A stretch of DNA of 64,000 bases from a virus (Duplodnaviria; Caudoviricetes), in IMG/VR virus record IMGVR_UViG_3300043427_002668; one strand, 5' to 3'. Positions within the stretch are counted from its first letter, which is position 1. The number at the start of each line of letters is the position of its first letter. The notes beneath the pieces were generated by a model that saw only the letters and a list, made by a program, of their open reading frames with translations, was not told where the DNA came from and did not search any database. Below are positions 15,542-25,919 of this stretch, one piece after another. Made by a program: the position numbers and the translations under genes.

Positions 15542-16447
15542 ATGAATGTAATTGCTGGAAATTGTGCGGGAGTTTTTAGTGGATTTCTTCTGCAACTTGC
15601 ATGGATGGAAACCGCAGAAAGATCAGATGGAGAAATAAATCTTTCACTTCACACAAGAAATAAAACTCATTACCCCGGTAGCAGCTATTCAAACTATAGG
15701 TGGTTGAAGTCTTCTGAAGTAAATAATTTTGATGAGGTTTTGGAAAAAAACGTTCTTTTTGATTTTTTTGAACCAAATGAGTATATGGTAAAAGAATATC
15801 CAAAAGAGTTTACTTATTTTGAAGCTTATCCTGCAGATATAAAATCTGAACTAAAATTTTATCCAGAAGATACTCTAAAATATGATGGTAGAGGTAGTAA
15901 AAAAGAGCAGTATGTTGACCTGGAAAATATTAGCAAAACAAGAGTAGCTTTAAATCGACAGTGGAATAAGTTTAAACTTCTGGATCATTTTAATCAAAAA
16001 GCAAAAGAAGAAGAAAAACTAATAGAGGGAAAAAAAGTAATGTCTATTATGCTAAGGCATTCGGGGCATTATCAAGGAATAACCAACGTTGTAGAACATG
16101 CTATCGACTCAGTTAAGAGTAAAATAGATGATTATGATGCTGTTCTCTTAACCACAATGATTCAACCGTTTGTTGATGAGTTTAAAAGTGTTTTTGGTAA
16201 TAGGTGCATTTGTGCTGAAAGACCAAGACTTTCTACTGATATTGATTGGAAAGGTGGAAGACCTTCTAATCAGGAATCTATGACTGATGATGAGTATGCA
16301 ATTGAATATCAGAATGCCTTTCTAGATGTAATTTTATCCAGTAAAACCGATCTCATTATTGGTAGTAGTAGTAATATGTTTCTTTCTGCATTGTCTATGA
16401 ACCCAGATGTTTCATATGATCTTTTTTATTTTACTGATGGATATTGA
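15542..16447 (+). CDS. NodZ/O-fucosyltransferase-like glycosyltransferase
   Basis: IMLRH and LDVILSSKTDLIIGSSSNMF resemble GDP-fucose-binding motifs of GT23/GT11-fold enzymes. Confidence 0.55.
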   Translation: MNVIAGNCAGVFSGFLLQLAWMETAERSDGEINLSLHTRNKTHYPGSSYSNYRWLKSSEVNNFDEVLEKNVLFDFFEPNEYMVKEYPKEFTYFEAYPADIKSELKFYPEDTLKYDGRGSKKEQYVDLENISKTRVALNRQWNKFKLLDHFNQKAKEEEKLIEGKKVMSIMLRHSGHYQGITNVVEHAIDSVKSKIDDYDAVLLTTMIQPFVDEFKSVFGNRCICAERPRLSTDIDWKGGRPSNQESMTDDEYAIEYQNAFLDVILSSKTDLIIGSSSNMFLSALSMNPDVSYDLFYFTDGY

Positions 16448-16449
16448 TT

Positions 16450-17250
16450 ATGAAAAAAAAGTTTAACTTAGTTGGTAATACTTTTACCCATCTTACTAAT
16501 GGTAACAAGGGATATTCCGTTCATGGAAAAGAATCCAAATATATTGAGTGGGTTCAAGATGGTGGTGATGGAACTTTTTACATCGATGATACTATTAATA
16601 ATGGGATTAATGATAAAATGAAGGGACCAAAATATCTTTGGTTGCTTGAATCTAAATTCATTAAACCTGGACTTGTAGAAAGTATTATTGAAAATCGTGA
16701 GTTAGTTGAGAATACTTATGAGACTATTTTCACTCACGATCAGAGACTTTTAAATCTTGGTGATAAGTTTAAGTGGGTTCCCGCTCAGGGATTTTGGATT
16801 AAAGAACCTAAAATTTATGAGAAATCAAAAATGATTTCAATGATCTCTTCAAACAAAAGAATGTGTGAGGGGCATATTAAAAGGTTGGAATGGGTAGAGA
16901 GGATTGGAGAACAAGTTGACCTTTATGGTCGCGGATTTAAAGAAATTGCTGATAAAGAAGAAGGATTATGTGACTATATGTTCTCGGTAGCAATTGAGAA
17001 CGGTCAGTATGAAACATACTTTACAGAAAAACTTCTTGATTGTTTCGCAACAGGAACAATTCCTGTTTATCTTGGAGCACCAGATATTGGTAGTCATTTT
17101 AATACTGATGGTATTATTGTATTGAGTGAAGAGTTTGATGTTTCTGAAGAAATCTATTATAGTAAAATGGATGCAATTCAGGACAATTTGGAGCGTGCTA
17201 AAAAGATGGAAATTTTAGAAGATTTTATTTGGGAGAATTATTATGTTTGA
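16450..17250 (+). CDS. glycosyltransferase family 10 (alpha-1,3-fucosyltransferase-like)
   Basis: YMFSVAIEN...YFTEKLLDCFATGTIPVYLGAP. Confidence 0.85.
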   Translation: MKKKFNLVGNTFTHLTNGNKGYSVHGKESKYIEWVQDGGDGTFYIDDTINNGINDKMKGPKYLWLLESKFIKPGLVESIIENRELVENTYETIFTHDQRLLNLGDKFKWVPAQGFWIKEPKIYEKSKMISMISSNKRMCEGHIKRLEWVERIGEQVDLYGRGFKEIADKEEGLCDYMFSVAIENGQYETYFTEKLLDCFATGTIPVYLGAPDIGSHFNTDGIIVLSEEFDVSEEIYYSKMDAIQDNLERAKKMEILEDFIWENYYV

Positions 17251-17830
17251 TAAAAACAAATACTTCAAGAAGGTATATGCAAAAGAGTCTAAAAATATAC
17301 CAACTTGCGCTTTTCTGTTTAGGGATTTTGGAGTTAAACTTGGATGCAAATATTTTGTTGAAACTGGAACACATCTCGGACATGGAGTTCAGTACGCATT
17401 GGATCATGGATTTGAGTATGTTCTAAGTTGTGAGTTCATGCAGGATAGATATCAGCATTGTATGGATAGGTTTGCAAAAAATGATAATGTAAATCTTTAT
17501 CTTGGAACTTCATTAGAATGTATGCCTAAAATGCTGGAAGCAGTGAATGATAAAGCATGTTTTTGGTTAGACGCTCATGATGAGGGTGGTGGAGTTCCTA
17601 CATTTGAAGAACTTCAACTCATTAAAGATCATCCGATAAAAAATCACACAATTGTGATCGATGATATTCCAGTTTACTTTTCTGATAAGAAGGAAGAATT
17701 GGAAAATTTAATTTTTTCTATTAATAAAGATTATAAAATTGAATATGTCCCCGTATATTTTGGAATTGCTCCAGAATATACTTCTCATCGAGTTGTCGAT
17801 GATTATCAACTATTTGCATACGTGGAGTGA
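17243..17830 (+). CDS. SAM-dependent methyltransferase-like protein
   Basis: FVETGTHLG, FWLDAH, IVIDD. Confidence 0.6.
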   Translation: MFDKNKYFKKVYAKESKNIPTCAFLFRDFGVKLGCKYFVETGTHLGHGVQYALDHGFEYVLSCEFMQDRYQHCMDRFAKNDNVNLYLGTSLECMPKMLEAVNDKACFWLDAHDEGGGVPTFEELQLIKDHPIKNHTIVIDDIPVYFSDKKEELENLIFSINKDYKIEYVPVYFGIAPEYTSHRVVDDYQLFAYVE

Positions 17831-17834
17831 AACT

Positions 17835-18179
17835 ATGAGTAATTTCGGAGAACTGATTGATAAGTGTATTGAAGAAACAATTAATGAAGTTCTTTCTCGC
17901 AGAGAACTTCCTGATGTTGAATACATTGAAACTGACAATCTTGGGGAAGTAATTGAAAAACTTTCAATTCTTCATACTCGTATGTGGATGTTGGAAGATG
18001 CAATTCAAGAAGCAAAAACAGATGCAGAAATAGCAGAACTAAAAAAGAAAATTGACATTTGCTTTAAGGTTAAAAGACCACGTTTGGTTCAAGCTGTGAA
18101 TCTAATGGTAGATAATGCAATTTCCACGGGAAGAACTTTGAGGGAAGATTCTGTAAAACTTTATAAAGGTGTTGAATGA
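17835..18179 (+). CDS. helical hypothetical protein (DUF4254-like)
   Basis: DNLGEVIEKLSILHTRMW motif. Confidence 0.55.
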   Translation: MSNFGELIDKCIEETINEVLSRRELPDVEYIETDNLGEVIEKLSILHTRMWMLEDAIQEAKTDAEIAELKKKIDICFKVKRPRLVQAVNLMVDNAISTGRTLREDSVKLYKGVE

Positions 18180-18901
18180 AAATTTGTTTAATTAATCAAC
18201 CAGCAGGAATTGGTGATGTATTTTTTCTGCAATATGTTGCAAGAAAGTATCTTGAAATGGGATACAAAGTTATTTGGCCGTTAAGAGAAAGTATTCTTTG
18301 GATTAAAGATTATATTACTGATATTGATTTTTGCTCTCAAAATGATAATTTTCCTGGAAAGGAATATTATGGACAAATGGGAATTATTCAATCTCCTCAA
18401 TTTGTTTATCTTGGAATGGATATGATCCATTTTTGGAAAAATGATTTTGGAATTTCTGAGTCTGAAACGTGTATGTGTATGCACGCAAAGTATCTTCAAC
18501 TCTTTCTTGATTGGACTAAATGGTCTGAAGGATTTAAATTCACACGAAACATAGAAAGAGAAAATTATCTTTATTATGATGTATTGGGTCTGAAAGATGA
18601 TTCTGAATATGTGTACGTTAATCGTTATGCAAACACTGATCTCAAGAAAAACAACATTCTTAAATTTCCAGAATTTGATCTTCCAGTTGTAGAGAACGAT
18701 ATTAATTATTGTTTATTTGACTATTGCAAAGTACTTGAAAATGCAAAAGAAATTCATACAGTACATACATCGGTTCCTTACCTGATTGATGTTCTTGATA
18801 TTAAAGCTGAGAAATATCTAATGTATCAGGGAATTCATAATGATGATGTGAAGCACATTCCATTTCTAAATACAAATCCAATTTACATTCCAAATAATTA
18901 A
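18176..18901 (+). CDS. putative glycosyltransferase (GT-B-like)
   Basis: QPAGIGDVFF N-terminus; located in the sugar island. Confidence 0.5.
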   Translation: MKICLINQPAGIGDVFFLQYVARKYLEMGYKVIWPLRESILWIKDYITDIDFCSQNDNFPGKEYYGQMGIIQSPQFVYLGMDMIHFWKNDFGISESETCMCMHAKYLQLFLDWTKWSEGFKFTRNIERENYLYYDVLGLKDDSEYVYVNRYANTDLKKNNILKFPEFDLPVVENDINYCLFDYCKVLENAKEIHTVHTSVPYLIDVLDIKAEKYLMYQGIHNDDVKHIPFLNTNPIYIPNN

Positions 18902-18905
18902 AACT

Positions 18906-19244
18906 ATGTACGTAGAAGAAAGACCTTGGGGGATTTTTGAAAACTTATGTGATGAAGAGACCTATAAGGTAAAACGAATATATGTAAATCCAAATCAATC
19001 ATTTTCTCTTCAGTACCATAATAATCGTTGGGAAGATTGGATTGTGGTTCAAGGTAGTGGTATAATTAACGATGGTTTTGAAGTTAGAAATTGTATTGTT
19101 GGCGATAGGTTTCATATTCCACCAAAAAACATCCATAGAGCAACTGCTGGTCCGGAAGGATTAACTTTTATCGAAGTTCAACGTGGTGTTTGTGATGAAA
19201 ATGATATTGTAAGAATTGAAGATAACTACGGTAGAGTTGCATAA
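18906..19244 (+). CDS. mannose-6-phosphate isomerase, cupin type
   Basis: ERPWG...KVKRIYVNP...SLQYH...IEVQRG...DIVRIEDNYGR. Confidence 0.9.
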   Translation: MYVEERPWGIFENLCDEETYKVKRIYVNPNQSFSLQYHNNRWEDWIVVQGSGIINDGFEVRNCIVGDRFHIPPKNIHRATAGPEGLTFIEVQRGVCDENDIVRIEDNYGRVA

Positions 19245-19289
19245 CTTATTTTTTCATACTATAATTGCAATTAAGTATTAAGTAAAAAA

Positions 19290-20030
19290 ATGAATCGAAT
19301 TACAAATTACTCTGATCTTGAAACTCGCATTGTTTCTTGGTTAAAAGAATATGCCGAAAAATTTAATATTAAGGCATTTGTAATTGGTGTTTCTGGTGGG
19401 ATTGATTCTGCCGTTTCATCCACTCTTGCTGCTAAAACAGGTCTTCCAGTTTATGCTCTTGGAATGCCTATCCTTCAAAAGGAAGAACAGGAATCACTCT
19501 CTGATACCCATCTTGAATGGTTGCAAGCAAACTTTAGTAATGTCATCGTTCAAAAGTATGATCTCACTAAAGTGTTTGAGACCTTTAAGTTCACGATGAG
19601 AGAATTCGGTACTGATACTCATGCTCTTGCCAATACACGTTCTCGTATTCGTATGGTTACATTGTATCAAGTTGCCACTTCAGTTGGTGGTATTGTTGTT
19701 GGTACAGGAAACAAAGTTGAGGATTATGGTGTAGGATTTTATACTAAATATGGTGACGGTGGAGTTGATATTGCTCCTATCGCAGATCTCTATAAGACTG
19801 AGGTTTGGGAACTTGGTAGGCATTTTGGTGTAGATCAACGCATTATTGATGCCTCTCCTACTGATGGTCTCTGGGATGATGGAAGAACTGATGAAGATCA
19901 ACTCGGTGCTTCTTATTCTGCTTTAGAGGAAGCAATGGAACTTGGTACAGGTGATGCTGTAGAAGTTCTTAAAAAATTCAATGCTATAAACAGTCATAAA
20001 ATGAATCCTATTCCTACTTTTACTCTATGA
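19290..20030 (+). CDS. nadE: NH3-dependent NAD+ synthetase
   Basis: VIGVSGGIDSAV, NTRSRIRMVTLY, GTGNKVE, GFYTKYGDGGVD, PTDGLW, TDEDQLG; no glutaminase domain. Confidence 0.93.
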   Translation: MNRITNYSDLETRIVSWLKEYAEKFNIKAFVIGVSGGIDSAVSSTLAAKTGLPVYALGMPILQKEEQESLSDTHLEWLQANFSNVIVQKYDLTKVFETFKFTMREFGTDTHALANTRSRIRMVTLYQVATSVGGIVVGTGNKVEDYGVGFYTKYGDGGVDIAPIADLYKTEVWELGRHFGVDQRIIDASPTDGLWDDGRTDEDQLGASYSALEEAMELGTGDAVEVLKKFNAINSHKMNPIPTFTL

Positions 20031-20950
20031 GTGTTTGTCTTACTTTAAGTAATAAAATTTCCGATGATAGTTGGAAAAAAACTATTCCATTGATTGACGG
20101 ATTTGGAACAGAAGGAATAGGTTCCATGATGCAATATCATCTACTCCTGAGGTTTTTTACAGACCTCATCGGGGTAGATTTTACTTATCCTGGTTCTGCA
20201 AATTTTGCTCATCATTCTTACAGTGGATATTCTGAAAATGAATATATGAATTTGATTGATTCCTTTTTTAATTTTCCAAATTTAAAGAATAGTTGGGACG
20301 AAGTTTATAATATTACAGATATTAATTATGAATTATTTTCTTTGATCGAGAATCACAAAAATAGTGATAGGAAAATATTAATCAATCTTTCTAATTGTCA
20401 TAGGCAAATATCAAATATATGTCACCAAAAACTTGACGACATATTTACTAAAGATAGAATTGATCGAATTAGAGAAAAACTATCTTTTGATGGAGAAAAG
20501 TATTTTGATGATGGTGTAAATATTTGTTTGCATCTTAGAACATCAAATCCAAATGATATTCCTTCAGAGATTGCTTCTCCGTTGAGAGAATATTATGTTA
20601 GGGAACGTGAATTTTTTAGATATAAAAATCTCATTGATTTTTTAAAGAAAAATACTGAAAATCAAAAAACAACTCTTCACATTCATTCTCAAGGATTTAC
20701 GACAAATTTTGAAGAATTTTTAGAATTTAAAACTCACGATTTTAATATTCAACTTCATATTGACGATCATCCCATAAGTGATCTCTATCATATGTCAAAT
20801 TCTGATTTATTCATAATGTCTAATAGTTCATTTTCTTGGATAGCATCTCTTTTAAATAGCAATCAAAAGATAGTTAGAGATAATTTTACAAATGGACCTT
20901 TTGTGCCTAATTCATTAAAAGCAAACTACGATTATACTGAAATTATATGA
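20027..20950 (+). CDS. GT11-like glycosyltransferase
   Basis: LHLRT and DLYHMSNSDLFIMSNSSFSWIASLL. Confidence 0.6.
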   Translation: MSVCLTLSNKISDDSWKKTIPLIDGFGTEGIGSMMQYHLLLRFFTDLIGVDFTYPGSANFAHHSYSGYSENEYMNLIDSFFNFPNLKNSWDEVYNITDINYELFSLIENHKNSDRKILINLSNCHRQISNICHQKLDDIFTKDRIDRIREKLSFDGEKYFDDGVNICLHLRTSNPNDIPSEIASPLREYYVREREFFRYKNLIDFLKKNTENQKTTLHIHSQGFTTNFEEFLEFKTHDFNIQLHIDDHPISDLYHMSNSDLFIMSNSSFSWIASLLNSNQKIVRDNFTNGPFVPNSLKANYDYTEII

Positions 20951-21729
20951 AACCTACAATTAATGAAGTTAAGTCCTTCTGGGACAATAGACCTTGTAAT
21001 GTTAGGCATTCTAAAAAAGAAGTTGGAACTAAAGAATATTTTGATGAGGTGGAAAATAAAAAATTTTTTGTTGAACCTCATATTAAATCTTTTTCCAAGT
21101 TTAATGAATGGAATGGTAAGAAGGTTTTGGAAATTGGATGTGGTTTGGCTACCGCAGGAATTAATTTTGCTAGGTATGGTGCAGATTACACTGGAGTAGA
21201 ACTTTCCGAAGAAAGTCTTGCATTGGCACAAAGAAGATTTGAAGTTTACAATCAACGTGGTGAGTTCTATCAAGGAAATGCAGAAAATCTTTCTGACTTT
21301 CTTCCGGAAGAAAAGTATCATTTGGTTTATTCTTGGGGAGTAATCCACCATACTCCACATCCTGAAAAAGTAATCAAAGAAGTTAGTAAGTATATGAGTA
21401 AGGATGGTGTATTTAAGTTGATGATGTATGCATCCGAGTCCTGGAAGAATTATATGATTAGTATTGGACTCGATCAACCAGAAGCACAATATGGATGTCC
21501 TATTGCTTATACATATACTGAAGAAGAAATTTATGATTTACTTTCAGAAGATTTTGATGTAATTTCTATAGAAAGAGATCATATTTTTCCTTATCAAATT
21601 GAACCATACAAGGAAGGAAAATATATAAAACAACCTTGGTTTGAAGTTATGCCTGATGAAATGTTTGAAATTTTAGAAAAAAAATTGGGGTGGCATTTAT
21701 TAATTACAGCGAAACTTAAAGGAGAATGA
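20947..21729 (+). CDS. class I SAM-dependent methyltransferase
   Basis: VLEIGCGLA motif I; YSWGVIHH. Confidence 0.88.
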   Translation: MKPTINEVKSFWDNRPCNVRHSKKEVGTKEYFDEVENKKFFVEPHIKSFSKFNEWNGKKVLEIGCGLATAGINFARYGADYTGVELSEESLALAQRRFEVYNQRGEFYQGNAENLSDFLPEEKYHLVYSWGVIHHTPHPEKVIKEVSKYMSKDGVFKLMMYASESWKNYMISIGLDQPEAQYGCPIAYTYTEEEIYDLLSEDFDVISIERDHIFPYQIEPYKEGKYIKQPWFEVMPDEMFEILEKKLGWHLLITAKLKGE

Positions 21730-22898
21730 GTATGAAGATTGGAGTAATTGGAGCTGGGAGACTTGGAATTTGTTTTGCTCTTCTATGTGAAGCAGCAGGA
21801 TATGATGTTTTAGTTTCTGATATTAGGGAAGATTATGTTAATGGTCTAAATGACCGCAAGATTATTACAAATGAACCAGAAGTAGAAAACCTTCTTCGTG
21901 TTGCTAAAAACTTTAGAGCGACTACAGATAATAAAGAAGTAATTCGTGAGTGTGATTTAATTTACACACTTGTCGCAACTCCTTCACTTGAGGATGGTTC
22001 TTATGATGTTTCTGCTATTTGGAGTGTAGTAGAAGATATTAAAGAAGAAATCGAAGTAAATCCAAAGAAAAAATATTTTGTTGTTGGATGTACTACTAAT
22101 CCTGGTGACTGTGAAAACTTTAAAAAGCAACTTCCTTCCTGTGTAAGTGTCTTCTACAATCCAGAATTTATCGCACAAGGATCTATTATTAACGATCTTC
22201 GTACCGCTGATATGGTTCTTTTGGGGACAAATCCTTTTGAAGATAATGACAGAATTGTATCTGAAATTAAAAAGTTATACGATAAAATCCAGACTACTCG
22301 TGCAATCGTATGTACGATGTCAACAACCGCAGCAGAAATAACTAAGATTGCAATTAACTGTTTCCTGACGACTAAAATTAGTTACGCAAATATGCTTGGT
22401 GATGTTCTTCATCATTCTGGTTGTGGGGATGAAGTTTCTGCTGTTCTGAGTGCTGTAGGAACTGATAGTAGAATTGGCAGAAAGTATCTTGGATATGGAT
22501 TTGGTTATGGTGGTCCTTGTCTTCCAAGGGATAATAGATCCTTTGCTGCATTTGCTAAAAAGGTTGGACTGGAGTATAATTTAGGATCAGTAACTGATGA
22601 AATTAATAATCAACACGCAGGATTTATTTGTGATTATTATGAAAAAATGAATTCTGATAGAAAACCTTTCTATTTTGAATATATCACTTATAAGAAAGGA
22701 ACTGATATTCTTACCGAAAGTCAGCAATATCGTTTATGTATTGATTTACTAGATCGAGGACATACCGTTTACATTCTTAATGATAGTAGAGTTACTCCTC
22801 AAGTCTGTGATTACTTACTTGATACGTATGGGGAAAAAGTTAAATTTGTTGATGATAAAAAATACGTTACCGAATCAATTTTTATTATAAATTTATGA
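21726..22898 (+). CDS. ugd: UDP-glucose/GDP-mannose 6-dehydrogenase
   Basis: IGVIGAGRLG, YNPEF, AEITKIAIN, GYGGPCLPRD. Confidence 0.88.
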   Translation: MSMKIGVIGAGRLGICFALLCEAAGYDVLVSDIREDYVNGLNDRKIITNEPEVENLLRVAKNFRATTDNKEVIRECDLIYTLVATPSLEDGSYDVSAIWSVVEDIKEEIEVNPKKKYFVVGCTTNPGDCENFKKQLPSCVSVFYNPEFIAQGSIINDLRTADMVLLGTNPFEDNDRIVSEIKKLYDKIQTTRAIVCTMSTTAAEITKIAINCFLTTKISYANMLGDVLHHSGCGDEVSAVLSAVGTDSRIGRKYLGYGFGYGGPCLPRDNRSFAAFAKKVGLEYNLGSVTDEINNQHAGFICDYYEKMNSDRKPFYFEYITYKKGTDILTESQQYRLCIDLLDRGHTVYILNDSRVTPQVCDYLLDTYGEKVKFVDDKKYVTESIFIINL

Positions 22899-23989
22899 CT
22901 AAGTATATAAAAATTAGTTCTATTGATCAGATAAAACCGATTCTTAATTCGATTAATACTGAAGAATATTCATTAGTAAACTACATTTGGACTGAATATG
23001 GTTTTCTTGCATTGATGTTCAATGAAATGTTTATTGATTATTTTAAATCTACGGGACCAAAAATCGGATTTTGTTTTCCGGGTCATGAAATATTTTATGA
23101 AAAACACGTAGATATTTTAGTTACTCTCGATGGTTTTATTGATACTACGAAGGCATATAAAGACAATAAAGAAACAGAATTACTTTTAAATAATTTTAAA
23201 AACATATCTGATAGAGGAATTGCTTTCTGGCATACTATTCGTAATTTTGATGAAGATGCCTATGTTTCTATGTTTGATGGGTATGTATTTAAAAATGTTT
23301 TGTATCCAATAGGAAAGGAACTGCATTGGAGTTTGGGATGGCCTATTGGTCCTGGATATAAGTATGCTGAAGGTGAAGATGGTGTTTGGTATACTCCAGA
23401 CACAGAATGGAACAGAACGGGAACGGCAAATTGGGATTTAGACTTATGGGATTCTGATTTTATAAAGGGCGAAGAACTTAATATTGAAAATTACAATTGC
23501 TTTTTTGTAAAAAATTCTTGGAAAACTAGAAGACATTCTTCAACGAATATTGAAGATCTTTTAGTTGAAAGTGAAAGTTCTGCTGACTTTGGATTTGTTG
23601 GATTTGAACTTTATAGTAAAATTGTCAAGTATCATATTGATAACAAGATAAATTTAGTTGTCATTGATGATCTGGTTGAATTTCCTCATGTTGAAAGTGA
23701 GTACATTCATTATGTGACAATGACTAATTTTCTTGATGTCAGACTTCTGATGACAGTAGCAAATAAGTCTAATAACTTTATTAGTAGTGGCACAGGTCCT
23801 CAGGATTTGGCATTATATTATTGCGATACTAATCAGATTGTTGTTACCAACAGTGATTTTATATGTCAAAAAGTGCATTTCTTTGAAAAAATGCAAAAGA
23901 TAAGAAATAGAAAACAATTTTTCTACGATATGAGATGTGATAAACTTGATGACGTGTTGGAATTTTTAAGCGAAGAAACTATCTCATAG
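22895..23989 (+). CDS. hypothetical protein (sugar island)
   Basis: 364 aa ORF with ATGA overlap; no motif recognised. Confidence 0.7.
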   Translation: MTKYIKISSIDQIKPILNSINTEEYSLVNYIWTEYGFLALMFNEMFIDYFKSTGPKIGFCFPGHEIFYEKHVDILVTLDGFIDTTKAYKDNKETELLLNNFKNISDRGIAFWHTIRNFDEDAYVSMFDGYVFKNVLYPIGKELHWSLGWPIGPGYKYAEGEDGVWYTPDTEWNRTGTANWDLDLWDSDFIKGEELNIENYNCFFVKNSWKTRRHSSTNIEDLLVESESSADFGFVGFELYSKIVKYHIDNKINLVVIDDLVEFPHVESEYIHYVTMTNFLDVRLLMTVANKSNNFISSGTGPQDLALYYCDTNQIVVTNSDFICQKVHFFEKMQKIRNRKQFFYDMRCDKLDDVLEFLSEETIS

Positions 23990-23998
23990 GTTAAGTTT

Positions 23999-25003
23999 AT
24001 GAAAGTTGCACTTATTACAGGAATTACGGGTCAAGATGGTTCATATCTTGCGGAATTTCTTTTATCAAATGGATACCAAGTTCATGGTATTATTAGACGT
24101 TCATCATCTATTAACACGGATAGAATTGATCATATTTTTAATAAAATTACATTACACTACGGTGATCTAAATGATTCTACCAATATTATTAGAGTGATTC
24201 AGGATGTTCAACCAGATGAGATTTATAATCTTGGCGCTCAGAGTCATGTAAAAGTTTCTTTTGAAACTCCTGAATATACTGGTATGGTTGATGGTCTTGG
24301 AACTCTCCGCATTCTTGAAGCAGTTCGTCTTCTAGGAATGGAAAAGAAAACAAGAATCTATCAAGCATCTACTTCAGAAATGTTTGGTAAAGTTCAAGAG
24401 ATTCCTCAGAAAGAGACTACTCCATTTTATCCTCGTTCACCTTATGGTTGTGCCAAACTTTATGCATATTGGACTACCAAAAATTATCGAGAAGCATATG
24501 GAATATATGCCTGCTCTGGAATTCTCTTCAACCATGAATCTCCAAGAAGAGGAGAGACATTTGTAACACGTAAAATTACCCGAGGTCTCAAGGCAATGTC
24601 TGAGGGTAGGCAAACCGTTCTTAAACTTGGCAACCTGAACGCAAAACGTGACTGGGGACACGCTAAGGACTTTGTAGAAGCAATGTGGTTAATGCTCCAG
24701 CAAGATGAACCTGAGGATTATGTGATTGCAACTGGAGAACAATATTCTGTTCGTGAGTTTGTTGAAGAAGCGGCACCTTATTTTGATATGAATATTGAAT
24801 GGCAATTTACTGATGTTGGGACAGAAATTGGCGTTGATAAAAATTCTGGACTAGTAAGAGTTATTGTTGATGAAAAATATTTTAGACCTGCTGAGGTTGA
24901 TACTTTGCTAGGCGATGCTTCCAAAGCTAAAGAAAAGTTGGGTTGGAAACCAAGAATTTCTTTCAAAGAACTTGTTAAGGATATGTGTCTCAATGAAAAG
25001 TGA
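23999..25003 (+). CDS. gmd: GDP-mannose 4,6-dehydratase
   Basis: [48 protein letters not shown]. Confidence 0.97.
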   Translation: MKVALITGITGQDGSYLAEFLLSNGYQVHGIIRRSSSINTDRIDHIFNKITLHYGDLNDSTNIIRVIQDVQPDEIYNLGAQSHVKVSFETPEYTGMVDGLGTLRILEAVRLLGMEKKTRIYQASTSEMFGKVQEIPQKETTPFYPRSPYGCAKLYAYWTTKNYREAYGIYACSGILFNHESPRRGETFVTRKITRGLKAMSEGRQTVLKLGNLNAKRDWGHAKDFVEAMWLMLQQDEPEDYVIATGEQYSVREFVEEAAPYFDMNIEWQFTDVGTEIGVDKNSGLVRVIVDEKYFRPAEVDTLLGDASKAKEKLGWKPRISFKELVKDMCLNEK

Positions 25004-25919
25004 TTCTAGAATCTTAGTTGCTGGTGCCAACGGAATGGTTGGTTCTGCAATTGTTCGAAATCTTGAAAGTAAAGGTTACACAAATATTATGAAAGGCACC
25101 CGTCATCTTGTAGATTTTACAAATCAACAAGCAACTGATGATTTTATTGAATCTGTAAGACCTGAGTATGTTTTTTTAACTGCAGCAAAGTGCGGTGGAA
25201 TACTGGATAATATTAACAATCCGGTGAATTATTTGTTGGATAATCTAAACATTCAAAATAATGTAATTTCATCTTCTCATAAGTATGATGTTAAGAAGTT
25301 AATGTTTTTTGCTTCTTCCTGCGTTTATCCTAAAGAAAGTCCTATGCCCATAAAGGAAGAAAATCTAATGATGGGTAACTTTCAAAAAACTCACGAGTTT
25401 TATTCAATTGCTAAAGTATCTGGAATTAAACTTTGTGAGGCATATCAAAAACAATATGGATCTGACTTTATTTCTGTGAATCCTTGCAACATATATGGAA
25501 TAGAAAATAAAGTCGATTCTCCAAACGCACACGTAATGTCAAGTTTGGTCTATAGAATTTGGAAAGCAAAAAAAGATAACGTTCCTCAAGTTGAATGTTT
25601 TGGTGACGGATCTCCAAAAAGAGAGTTTTTGTATTCTGATGATCTCGCTGATGCTGCAATATTTTTAATGACTCAAAAAACAGATTCGTTTATTAATATT
25701 GGAACTGGTATTGAAACTAGTATTGTGGAGTTAGTAGATGAGATTTGCAATATTATTGAATATAGTGGTAAAATAGTATGGGATACATCAAAACCAAACG
25801 GAGCACCAAGAAGAGTTTTGGATGTTAGTAAATTGAACTCTCTAGGGTGGAAACCAAAAACTTCCTTAAGAGGAGGTATTGTAAAAATTGTTAATCATTT
25901 AAATCAGAATTATGTCTAA
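24993..25919 (+). CDS. fcl: GDP-L-fucose synthase / GDP-L-colitose synthase family (Fcl/WcaG/ColC)
   Basis: [37 protein letters not shown]. Confidence 0.9.
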   Translation: MKSDSRILVAGANGMVGSAIVRNLESKGYTNIMKGTRHLVDFTNQQATDDFIESVRPEYVFLTAAKCGGILDNINNPVNYLLDNLNIQNNVISSSHKYDVKKLMFFASSCVYPKESPMPIKEENLMMGNFQKTHEFYSIAKVSGIKLCEAYQKQYGSDFISVNPCNIYGIENKVDSPNAHVMSSLVYRIWKAKKDNVPQVECFGDGSPKREFLYSDDLADAAIFLMTQKTDSFINIGTGIETSIVELVDEICNIIEYSGKIVWDTSKPNGAPRRVLDVSKLNSLGWKPKTSLRGGIVKIVNHLNQNYV

